Shown: in pieces, positions 19,681 through 27,840 of the stretch
How the letters are laid out: each line of letters begins with the position of its first letter
How positions within the stretch are numbered: the stretch's first letter is position 1
NCBI GenBank assembly: GCA_030018275.1
Contig: JASEGB010000002.1
Span: forward strand, 59,638 to 123,637
Direction: 5' to 3'
Length of the DNA stretch: 64,000 bases
Source: Actinomycetota bacterium
Lineage (GTDB): Bacteria; Actinomycetota; Aquicultoria; Subteraquimicrobiales; Subteraquimicrobiaceae
Translations under genes and position numbers: made by a program
Notes under the pieces: generated by a model
Databases searched by the model: none
Told to the model about the DNA's origin: nothing
The model's input: only the letters and a program-made list of their open reading frames with translations

Positions 19681-21228
19681 CTACGATCTACAGCGAGCCT
19701 CGTCCAGAATCTCTTGTCCCACTTTAAGGAGAGTAGAAACTCTTTGGGGACTGCTGGCTTCGGCGTAAATGCGAACGACCGCCTCCGTTCCAGATGGTCT
19801 GATCAGGAGCCAACTCTCATCGGCAAGGAGAAACTTGCACCCATCCATATTGTCGATGGTAACCACCTTAACTCCAGCCAATTCGCTGGGATTGAAAGTC
19901 TTTAAATAGTTAAGGAGATTTTCCCTTACAGTTGATGCCGTTTCCACACCATGTCTGCCGACAGGCCCGCCTGGAGCGAAGCCTCCCTTTGTGACCGGAC
20001 GGGCAGGCAGGTCCACCCGGTCATAATAAAAATAACCTATTCTCTTCATTAAATCATCCACCAATTCCTTGAGGGTCTTCCGGTGAGTGATCATGATTTC
20101 CACGAGAAGCAACCCAATTAAGATTCCATCCCTCTCCGGGATGTAATTCTTTATCCCAATGCCTCCGCTTTCCTCGCCCCCGATTAAAACATCGCGGGTC
20201 AAAATATGCTCGCATATGTATTTGAATCCAATGGGAGTTACATGTAGGGGCAGATTATACTTCCGCGATAAGATATCAATCATTTGAGTGGTGGAAACGG
20301 TCTTGACCACTTCGCCGCGCCATTTGCGCTGGTTAACCAGGTGCTCTAAAAGAAGTGCAAATATCTGGTGAGAGTCGATGAATGCTCCTGAAGGATCAAT
20401 GGCTCCCGTTCGATCCGCATCTCCATCCATCGCCAGACCTACATCGAAACCTCTCCTTTTGACCTCGCGACGAAGATCCTCGAGGTTCTCCGAGATGGGC
20501 TCGGGATTTATCCCCCCAAAGGTAGGATTTATCCCCTTATGGATTTCTACCACCTCGCAACCAAGCCTGGAAAGAGCTTCACTTAAGTATCCCTGCCCCG
20601 CTCCGTACATGGGATCGACAACCACCTTGAGTTGGAAGTTAGGAGTTGGGAGTTGGGGGAATAGGTTTTTGTCTAGGAGGGTGAGGATGTTGGAGAGGTA
20701 TGCTTCCTTGGGATCGAAAAAGCGCAGGCGATCTTCCTGGGTTGCTTCCTCGCCCCAGGCCCCTTTTCGGGGCAGAGAAATCTTGAGCGGTTTCTTACCC
20801 CGAGCTGAATTCCTTCGATAGCACTGCTCTATTTTCCCGGTGATCTCCGGAGTTGCGGAACCGCCGAAAGAAGCTTTAAACTTCAAACCATTGTACTGAG
20901 GAGGGTTATGGCTCGCCGTAATGAGAATGGCTCCATCCGCCCGTTTGTCCACAACGGCAAATGAGACCACGGGAGCGGGAGCAAAACTCTCAGTGAGTAA
21001 AACATCGAAGTCATTTGCCGCGGCAACGAGAGCCGCTTCCAAGGCAAACCTGTCCGAAAGAAACCTGGTATCATAACTGACAATTAATCTTGGCCGAGGG
21101 CTGATAGCTGAAGGCTGAAAGCTGATTTTAATGTAGTCGCATATGGCTTGAGAGACCCATCTCACGTTCTCGAAGGTGAAATCGTCCGCTATTATTCCTC
21201 TCCAGCCATCAGTGCCAAATCTAATCAT
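19681..21228 (-). CDS. Phosphomannomutase/phosphoglucomutase (alpha-D-phosphohexomutase)
   Basis: 515 aa. Active-site TASHNP, a metal-binding DGDADR-like loop and the phosphate-binding RPSGTE motif are present. It contains the second copy of the 40-bp repeat in-frame (PARPVTKGGFAPGGPVGRHG). Confidence 0.9.
   Translation of the reverse strand: MIRFGTDGWRGIIADDFTFENVRWVSQAICDYIKISFQPSAISPRPRLIVSYDTRFLSDRFALEAALVAAANDFDVLLTESFAPAPVVSFAVVDKRADGAILITASHNPPQYNGLKFKASFGGSATPEITGKIEQCYRRNSARGKKPLKISLPRKGAWGEEATQEDRLRFFDPKEAYLSNILTLLDKNLFPQLPTPNFQLKVVVDPMYGAGQGYLSEALSRLGCEVVEIHKGINPTFGGINPEPISENLEDLRREVKRRGFDVGLAMDGDADRTGAIDPSGAFIDSHQIFALLLEHLVNQRKWRGEVVKTVSTTQMIDILSRKYNLPLHVTPIGFKYICEHILTRDVLIGGEESGGIGIKNYIPERDGILIGLLLVEIMITHRKTLKELVDDLMKRIGYFYYDRVDLPARPVTKGGFAPGGPVGRHGVETASTVRENLLNYLKTFNPSELAGVKVVTIDNMDGCKFLLADESWLLIRPSGTEAVVRIYAEASSPQRVSTLLKVGQEILDEARCRS
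19965..20005. repeat. 40-bp repeat, copy 2, inside the phosphomannomutase CDS
   Basis: cccgcctggagcgaagcctccctttgtgaccggacgggcagg. Confidence 0.7.
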
Positions 21229-21241
21229 CTTCGTTCACCAT

Positions 21242-21262
21242 GGAATCGTTGACCGTTCACCG
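21242..21262. repeat. Heptamer pair (gttgacc gttcacc) just upstream of the phosphomannomutase start
   Basis: Minus strand reads GGTGAACGGTCAACG..GGTGAACGAAG ATG. Confidence 0.6.
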
Positions 21263-21392
21263 AAATATCCTTTAATGAATTCTTAAGAGCACTAATCATC
21301 ATAGCAAGTCTATTGCACTCTTCATAGAAATGTTTGTAATCTTCGGTGGTAATAAAAGTGAATTCCATTTCTCCTCAAGCTTTTATGATCTT

Positions 21393-21426
21393 CACTGTGA
21401 ACTGTGAACGGTGAACCGTGAATGAA
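21393..21426. repeat. Tandem heptamer array, copy C. It lies immediately 3' of the gmd stop.
   Basis: ctgtgaa ctgtgaa cggtgaa ccgtgaa. Confidence 0.75.
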
Positions 21427-21430
21427 GGTG

Positions 21431-23404
21431 TTAAACTCTTTTGCGCCAATAGTTTAGCAAGTCTTCCAGGGTCTTTTCGAAGGGGATTTCCGGTTCCCAG
21501 CCCGTGGCTTTCTTGAACTTAGTGGCATCTCCCGCCAAGATGGGAACATCCGAGGGACGCATGCGAGCGGGGTCTTGCCTTATCTCCACATCCACATCGC
21601 TCAATTTGAGCAGCATGTTGAGCATATCTGCAATCTTAACCGCCTTCCCCGATGCGATATTATACACCTCTCCAGGCTCACATTTTTCCAGCGCCAGCCA
21701 ATAAGCTCTTACCACATCTCGGACATCCGAGAAATCGCGTTTCGCTTCCAGATTTCCCACTTCAATTACGGGCTCTTTTAAGCCCTTTTCAATCTCCGCA
21801 ATCTGTTTAGCGAAGTTCGACGCCACAAAAACTTCTCCACGCCTTGGTCCCGTGTTATGAGCTAAAAGATTACCCACGCCCGCTTGAAACATTCCATCTT
21901 CTGTAGAAAAATCCCACACCTCCTCAGAATAATCTATTGGATTAAGAGATTTTATAATTCCATCTGGCTTTTGAAGATGTTTGCCCCAATTTTTATGAGC
22001 TTTTATATCTGAATTTAAATTTATAGAAATATATCCTTTCCTTTTATCTTCGAAATTAATATTAATTTCCTGTCCAGTAGTCTCTTTTATTAAATAACAC
22101 AATCCCGCGGCCAATATCCTTGACTTAGTCTTGAAATTTTTGAATTTATATTCACCATGTCCTTTCTTTAATCCATCTCCTTCATTATAGCCTTCAAGGA
22201 AAGCAAGTTTTGCTTCCTTTTGAGCGTTTAAGATACATTGGGGAACTTTTTTATTTCCATCAGAAGCATATACCTGTGGATATAACCACTTAGCAAATTT
22301 TCCAGGATTTCTTACAGATAATCTTAAACTACTCTTATTTTCTTGATAAAAACTATCTTTTCCAAAATGTTTAAGGAGAATTCTTTTTGTTTTATCTAAA
22401 AGAGTTTTATTAGTGTTATCAACTCTAACTTTCCCTACAGTTATGCATCCTTCTGCAACAAAAAATCCAAAAAACCAAGCTACCTCTTCATTCACATGCA
22501 TTATATTACTCGATGGATAATTAACAATAGCAACTTTATCCCCTATTTGAAGGTTTACAACTTCTTCCGGTTTCAAATCCTTACCAATAATAGAATGATT
22601 ATCTGTAACTTCTAATAGTCCCTTTTTAGTTAAAATTCTAATTAATTTATTATCGCGAATGGGATGGCAACTAATTTCTTTAAGTTTAACCCAATGATTA
22701 TTTGACCACACTGATAAATTGTATCTCCGTAAATTCCAAACTTTGACATCCCCTATAAACTTGCCTGATTTATATCCTCCGATTTTATATTTATTTCTCA
22801 TCTCATTAATGTATTTGATATCTATCAAACCTGAGGAATCGTCTCTAATCATTACTGGTGTCCACTTAGATACTGAGTGATTGAAAGCACGGGTTCGCAC
22901 GATGTGCATGCCATAGCTTCGATGATATTGGTATCCCAATAAATCCTGAGCTACCTTGCTCACCCCATAGGGACTCAGAGGCCTTAAGGGATTGGTCTCC
23001 CTTATGGGAATCTCATTTTCATAGACGAGACCATACTCCTCGCTGCTTCCAGCGAGCTGAACTCGAGGGTTAAGCTTCAGCTCGCGGATGGCTTCGAAGA
23101 GATTAACCTGACCAATGATATTTGTCACTAGGGTCTCAGCGGGTGCATGCCAGGAACTTGGTATGTACGATTGTGCTGCTAAATGAAAAATGTAATCGGG
23201 TTTGCTTTGCTCTAAAGCTTTAATTACCGAGGAGGCATCTCGAAGATCACAATCAATTAGCTTAATCTTGCTCCTGATGTGATCGATATTTTCCGTTCGA
23301 CTCCTCCACCTGATGGTCCCGAAAACTTCAGCGCCCTTTCCCAGGCAGTATTCGGCGAGATGACTTCCCACAAACCCCGTTATACCTGTGATGAGTACCT
23401 TCAC
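21431..23404 (-). CDS. gmd: GDP-mannose 4,6-dehydratase interrupted in-frame by a 341-aa LAGLIDADG intein
   Basis: The N-extein carries the SDR Rossmann fold GITGFVGSHL ... YGVSK ... RAFNH. The C-extein reads TGPRRGEVFV ... to the end. The exteins total about 316 aa, typical for Gmd. The canonical Gmd motif FNHESPRRGETF is split between H176 and T518. Confidence 0.9.
   Translation of the reverse strand: MKVLITGITGFVGSHLAEYCLGKGAEVFGTIRWRSRTENIDHIRSKIKLIDCDLRDASSVIKALEQSKPDYIFHLAAQSYIPSSWHAPAETLVTNIIGQVNLFEAIRELKLNPRVQLAGSSEEYGLVYENEIPIRETNPLRPLSPYGVSKVAQDLLGYQYHRSYGMHIVRTRAFNHSVSKWTPVMIRDDSSGLIDIKYINEMRNKYKIGGYKSGKFIGDVKVWNLRRYNLSVWSNNHWVKLKEISCHPIRDNKLIRILTKKGLLEVTDNHSIIGKDLKPEEVVNLQIGDKVAIVNYPSSNIMHVNEEVAWFFGFFVAEGCITVGKVRVDNTNKTLLDKTKRILLKHFGKDSFYQENKSSLRLSVRNPGKFAKWLYPQVYASDGNKKVPQCILNAQKEAKLAFLEGYNEGDGLKKGHGEYKFKNFKTKSRILAAGLCYLIKETTGQEININFEDKRKGYISINLNSDIKAHKNWGKHLQKPDGIIKSLNPIDYSEEVWDFSTEDGMFQAGVGNLLAHNTGPRRGEVFVASNFAKQIAEIEKGLKEPVIEVGNLEAKRDFSDVRDVVRAYWLALEKCEPGEVYNIASGKAVKIADMLNMLLKLSDVDVEIRQDPARMRPSDVPILAGDATKFKKATGWEPEIPFEKTLEDLLNYWRKRV
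21854..22876 (-). mobile_element. Intein (class 1) with a LAGLIDADG homing-endonuclease domain, inside gmd
   Basis: Ser1 follows the ...FNH extein. Block B is LEVTDNH. The two dodecapeptide motifs are FFGFFVAEGCI and FLEGYNEGDG. The C-terminal blocks are VWDFSTEDGMFQAGVGNLLAHN. The +1 extein residue is Thr. The region is visibly more AT-rich than the flanking gmd sequence. Confidence 0.85.
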
Positions 23405-23467
23405 CTTTCAACCTCCCAAATTTAAAATTTCATAAAAAATTACAGTTTTGGGTTGTTCAATCCGAAT

Positions 23468-23489
23468 AACAGGTCTAAAGACCTGTTTC
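23468..23489. repeat. Hairpin repeat aacaggtc taaa gacctgtt, family member 1
   Basis: Perfect 8-bp inverted repeat. The same core occurs at 31826-31845, 53369-53391 and 53470-53526. Confidence 0.7.
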
Positions 23490-23565
23490 TACTATTTTAA
23501 ATGAATGTAAAAATTGGATTTAAGGATTTATTATGCCTGGTAAATAAAGGTGTCGAGGTCTGACC

Positions 23566-24678
23566 CTAGAATTTGATTTTTGCTCTTTCAATCTTTGTAT
23601 CGGGCCAGATTCTCACCCCTCGTTTAAGATGGTTCTCATCCTCGATGATCATATTGTCTCCTAAAACGGCGGTCTCCGCCACGTGAACCTTCTTGCCCAG
23701 GCAAAGCCCTCTACCCAAAAGGCTATTCCTGACAACACTGGCTTCATCGATGTGGCAACCATCAAAGATTACGCATCTCTCAAGCATGGCCCCTGTTTGA
23801 ATCACGCAATTATTCCCTATCGTGGTATTACTAAAAATTGTAGCATTGGAGTGGATACGGCAGTTCTTTCCAATCACCGTGGGACCAAATATGGTGGCTT
23901 CCGGACCTATTTCCGTCCCCTCGCCAATCCAGACCCTAGGCTTAATCTCTCTCCCAGAGAATTCGAAGTCAAGCTTGCCATCCAAGATATCATGATGGGC
24001 TTGGAGATACTTTTCAGGAGTCCCGATATCCAGCCAGTAGGCGCCGGATGGAAATCCAAAAACCCTCTCGCCCTTCTCCAGCAGAGTAGGGAAGAAATCG
24101 CGCTCGAAGGAATAATTCTCACCCTTCGGTGCATACCTCAAAATTTCCGGTTCAAGCACGTAGGTTCCGGCATTGATCAGGTCCGTGGTTACTTCATCCC
24201 AGCTTGGCTTCTCCACGAAATTCAGAACTTGACCCGAAGTATCCAGGAGAACCAAGCCATACGCTGTGGGGTCTTCCACAGGAGTCAAGGCGATGGTCGC
24301 CATCGCTTTCTTCGCGTGATGGTATTCCATGAGTTGAGCGAGATTAAGATTTGTAACGATATCACCATTGAAAACGATGAAGGTTCCTTCCAAAAATCTC
24401 TCCACATTCTTGACGGCGCCACAAGTGCCTAGGGGTTTTTCCTCAGTCACATAGGTAAGCTTCACCTTCAGATGGCAACCATCAGCGAAATAAGATTCAA
24501 AACATTCAGGACGATAACTCGTGCTCAAGATGATATCGGTGATGTCGAATTGCTTAAGCAATCTTATAACGTGCTCTAAGAGTGGGATATTGACCAAAGG
24601 AAGCATGGGTTTAGGAATGGTGCAGGTGAGTGGTCTTAGGCGTGTTCCCTGCCCTCCAACCAGAATTACAGCTTTCAT
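23566..24678 (-). CDS. Mannose-1-phosphate guanylyltransferase-like NDP-sugar pyrophosphorylase (N-terminal nucleotidyltransferase plus C-terminal left-handed beta-helix)
   Basis: 370 aa. It has the signature motif ILVGGQGTRLRPLT and C-terminal hexapeptide repeats. Confidence 0.85.
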   Translation of the reverse strand: MKAVILVGGQGTRLRPLTCTIPKPMLPLVNIPLLEHVIRLLKQFDITDIILSTSYRPECFESYFADGCHLKVKLTYVTEEKPLGTCGAVKNVERFLEGTFIVFNGDIVTNLNLAQLMEYHHAKKAMATIALTPVEDPTAYGLVLLDTSGQVLNFVEKPSWDEVTTDLINAGTYVLEPEILRYAPKGENYSFERDFFPTLLEKGERVFGFPSGAYWLDIGTPEKYLQAHHDILDGKLDFEFSGREIKPRVWIGEGTEIGPEATIFGPTVIGKNCRIHSNATIFSNTTIGNNCVIQTGAMLERCVIFDGCHIDEASVVRNSLLGRGLCLGKKVHVAETAVLGDNMIIEDENHLKRGVRIWPDTKIERAKIKF

Positions 24679-24738
24679 TTATAATCCCCTCCAATTTGTG
24701 ATTCGCTTTTTGTCGGGGATAAACCCCGACACTACTTA

Positions 24739-25608
24739 CTACTTGCGCCGTCTTAAAAAATTGATGCAAACAAGAAGGCATCCTCTTAAGCACAAACCCA
24801 AGGCAACCAAGAGTTTCAGATATCTCTTCCAGCTATTCCCATACCGCTTTGAATAGAACCGATACATGCTCTTTTGAAACTCGATTATCATTGGCATACT
24901 CTGCCTCTTGCTACTCTCGGCAATATAATGAACCACCCTGGCATCAGGTGTGAAATAAACCCTCCAACCTTTCTTCCACATTCGGTAGCACAGATCCAAA
25001 TCTTCAACGTACATGAAGTAACCTTCATCAAAAAATCCCACATCCTCCAGGGCTTTTCTGCGAAGACATATAGCTGCCCCCGAAACCCAATCCACGACTC
25101 GCTCGGATTTATGATCCCAATCAGCCATCTTGTATTTTCTGGAGATGGGATTGGATGGAAAAATAACGCCAAAAAAGGCATGCACCATAGCTTCTCCAAA
25201 GGAGGGAAAATTCCTGCAAGAGTACTGGATCGAACCATTGGGGTTTAAGAGCAGAGGTCCCACCACCCCCACATCCTCATGGTTTTCCATGAATTCCACC
25301 AGCCTGTCCGACGCCTTAGGGAAAACTCGGGTATCGCTATTAAGCAGGAATATATATTTTCCTCGACTCGCCTCAATGGCTTGATTGCATGCTTTGGCGT
25401 ACCCAATATTGATGGGGTTCTGGATCAACCGGACTTCGGGGAATTCCTTTTTAACCATCTCCACGCTGCCATCGGTGGAATTATTGTCCACGACGATTAC
25501 TTCGAAAGGACACCCTTTCTCGAAAATCGAGGTCAGACAATCCTTAAGTAAATCTTTGGTATTCCAACTGATTACGGCAATGCTCAAATCCAAAGTTTCC
25601 ACTTTCAC
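24739..25608 (-). CDS. Glycosyltransferase family 2
   Basis: 289 aa. Motifs VVDNNSTDGS, a DxD and a C-terminal ED. Confidence 0.85.
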   Translation of the reverse strand: MKVETLDLSIAVISWNTKDLLKDCLTSIFEKGCPFEVIVVDNNSTDGSVEMVKKEFPEVRLIQNPINIGYAKACNQAIEASRGKYIFLLNSDTRVFPKASDRLVEFMENHEDVGVVGPLLLNPNGSIQYSCRNFPSFGEAMVHAFFGVIFPSNPISRKYKMADWDHKSERVVDWVSGAAICLRRKALEDVGFFDEGYFMYVEDLDLCYRMWKKGWRVYFTPDARVVHYIAESSKRQSMPMIIEFQKSMYRFYSKRYGNSWKRYLKLLVALGLCLRGCLLVCINFLRRRK

Positions 25609-25618
25609 GACAAATAAT

Positions 25619-26608
25619 TCACCACAAATGTCTTCTTATCCAAGCCTTATAATCGAATTTCTGAAACCACTTCTCTATCTCCACCTGGCTCACCTTTCTA
25701 TTCTTTTGGATAACTCTCCTTTTCGCAAAAGTTCTGGGCAACTCCCTTAAAATATCAATCCAACCCAATAACGCCGCTGGACATCTGAAAAGGAGTGCTC
25801 CCGTCTTTAAGGTATCCGTGATCAGAAAATGATGGAGATTCCTCAAAATGCTGGCGAAGGAATCGTTCTTGAGGATCATCAGATATCTATTTTTGTAATT
25901 GTGGATTTCCACCAATTTGGTTCTCCTTACGGCAATTCCCCCACGATAATGATAAGCCACAGCAGAGGGTGTATAAATACATTTCCATCCATGCATCTGT
26001 GCCCGCCAATTGAGATCCACATCCTCTAAAAAGGCAAAGAAGGCTTCATCGAAGTACTCCCCACCTGCCTTAACATCCTCCAGCATTCCCCTCTTGTACA
26101 GGGAAGCCGCGGCACAGGAGCCGAAAATGTATTCCACTTGGTCGTATTGACCCTCATCAATTTCTCCATCTCCTCTATCGATGACCAATCGATTCTCGAA
26201 CATGGTGTGACCCACCGAGTCTATAACCTTTGTTCGACCTTCATCGTTGAACCTCAATAACTTGCCCGAAACTGAACCAATTTTTTCATCCAAAGAAGCG
26301 GCTTTGACCATCTCACTTATATAGGTGGGGGTCATCACGACATCTATATTCAAAGGTATCACATAAAGACCCTTGGAGGTAGCAATCCCTTGGTTGATAG
26401 CCATTGAAAACCCCTTATTTTCCTCGTTCTCTATGAGGATTACGGAGGGATAGTTTCTCTTTATGATTTCCTGAGACCCATCGGTTGAGCTATTATCGAT
26501 GACGATTACCTCTAGTGCCGGATAAGTCTGACCTAGCACCGAATCCAGGCAATCCTTTACAAACCTTTTCCCGTTCCAATTCACAATAATAACCGAGACT
26601 AGATCCAT
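25619..26608 (-). CDS. Glycosyltransferase family 2
   Basis: 329 aa. Motifs VIVIDNSSTDGS and DVD. Confidence 0.85.
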   Translation of the reverse strand: MDLVSVIIVNWNGKRFVKDCLDSVLGQTYPALEVIVIDNSSTDGSQEIIKRNYPSVILIENEENKGFSMAINQGIATSKGLYVIPLNIDVVMTPTYISEMVKAASLDEKIGSVSGKLLRFNDEGRTKVIDSVGHTMFENRLVIDRGDGEIDEGQYDQVEYIFGSCAAASLYKRGMLEDVKAGGEYFDEAFFAFLEDVDLNWRAQMHGWKCIYTPSAVAYHYRGGIAVRRTKLVEIHNYKNRYLMILKNDSFASILRNLHHFLITDTLKTGALLFRCPAALLGWIDILRELPRTFAKRRVIQKNRKVSQVEIEKWFQKFDYKAWIRRHLW

Positions 26609-26618
26609 TTTTCATCCC

Positions 26619-26679
26619 AGTTCATCGTTCACAGTTCACCGTATAATTCGTTCACCGTTCACCGTGGACCGTTCACCGC
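26619..26679. repeat. Tandem heptamer array, copy D. At about 8 units it is the longest copy, and it lies upstream of the GT2 start.
   Basis: gttcaca gttcacc gtataattc gttcacc gttcacc gtggacc gttcacc. Confidence 0.75.
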
Positions 26680-26807
26680 GAATCGGCCTTGAACCCAAAT
26701 GTGGTTCATGGTTTCATTTTATCGAGATTAATCTCTATTTTTATACTACCTCACAATAGAAAAGACAACATTCTAAACCCTGCCTACCACTTATCACCTA
26801 TGCGGTG

Positions 26808-26925
26808 AAAAGTAGGGGTGGGGTTTATCCCCACCCAAAATAATCATTCATTAATGTAGGGGCGGAACTCCATGCCCGCCCAAAGCTATAGCGGGGGACA
26901 AGCCCCCGCCTACAAATTCGATGTA
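26808..26925. repeat. Three tandem GC-rich hairpins sharing a TAGGGG / CCCGCC core
   Basis: gtaggggtgggg-ttta-tccccaccc. taggggcgg-aactccatg-cccgccc. tagcggggg-acaag-cccccgcctac. They lie between the GT2 start and the galU stop. Confidence 0.55.
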
Positions 26926-26929
26926 TATA

Positions 26930-27787
26930 CTAATAACTGTGCAACATCCTCAAATAATCCATTAAGTCCTCTCTCAAATCCTCTTTCGCGAGGGCTATCT
27001 CGATGTTTGCTTTAAGCCAATCTATCTTGCTGCCAATATCGTATCTCTTCCCCTCAACTTTGTAGGCATAAATATTCTGTTCAGCGAGGAGCAACCTTAA
27101 GGCATCGGTGAGCTGAATTTCATTGTTCCTACCGGGTGGCGTCCTCTCCAGGCAGTCAAAAATCTCAGGTGTCAGGATATACCGCCCAAAAATGGCTAAA
27201 TTTGAGGGGGCTTCCTCCAAGGGAGGTTTCTCAATTAAGTTTTCGACCTTGTAAATCCTCTCGCCAATGGGATATCCATCGATGATACCATATCTTTCGA
27301 CCTTATCGCGGGGTACTTCCTCCACAGCTATAATCGGTGAGCCGCACTCTCTGAATATATCAAGCAATGTTCTGGTGCAGGGAATATCCATTAAAGTGAT
27401 GGTATCCCCCAATAAAACGGCAAAGGGTTCATCGCCGACATGTTTCCTAGCACAAAGAACGGCGTGTCCCAAACCCCGAAGCTCCTTCTGCCTGATGTAA
27501 TGGATATCGGCGAGGTCGGCGATACCCTGCACGTGCGTCAAAAAATCGTGCTTTTCTTCCTCCCTCAAAAAATACTCAAGCTCAAAGGACTTGTCGAAAT
27601 GATCCTCAATCGCCCTTTTGCCCCGCCCGGTGATCACCAAAATATCCTCAGCCCCCGAAGCCACAGCCTCCTCGATAACGTACTGGATGGTTGGCTTGTC
27701 GACCACGGGGAGCATCTCCTTTGGTTGAGACTTGGTTGCCGGGAGCAACCTGGTTCCGTAACCAGCAGCCGGAATAACCGCCTTCAT
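26930..27787 (-). CDS. galU: UTP--glucose-1-phosphate uridylyltransferase
   Basis: 285 aa. The N-terminus AVIPAAGYGTRLLPATK..PKEMLPVVDKP matches GalU throughout. Confidence 0.9.
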   Translation of the reverse strand: MKAVIPAAGYGTRLLPATKSQPKEMLPVVDKPTIQYVIEEAVASGAEDILVITGRGKRAIEDHFDKSFELEYFLREEEKHDFLTHVQGIADLADIHYIRQKELRGLGHAVLCARKHVGDEPFAVLLGDTITLMDIPCTRTLLDIFRECGSPIIAVEEVPRDKVERYGIIDGYPIGERIYKVENLIEKPPLEEAPSNLAIFGRYILTPEIFDCLERTPPGRNNEIQLTDALRLLLAEQNIYAYKVEGKRYDIGSKIDWLKANIEIALAKEDLREDLMDYLRMLHSY

Positions 27788-27840
27788 TGAATCCCCCCAA
27801 ACCAGTTTCGGACAAAGCGCTTTCTATACATCGTATGCCT

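Noticed and set aside
23683-24432. 249-aa plus-strand ORF antisense to the mannose-1-P guanylyltransferase gene. Many other 60-190-aa ORFs are antisense to strong genes, for example 341..928, 5708..6277 and 20378..20821.
   Set aside because: These are shadow ORFs inside well-supported minus-strand genes. They have no motifs and a biased composition.
26619-26679. Heptamer arrays as a CRISPR array
   Set aside because: The units are 7 bp with no spacers of unique sequence, and no cas genes are nearby. They are tandem micro-repeats, not CRISPR.
26808-26925. JUMPstart/ops element upstream of the polysaccharide genes
   Set aside because: The ops consensus GGCGGTAG was not found on either strand. 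Only loosely similar TAGGCGG was seen.
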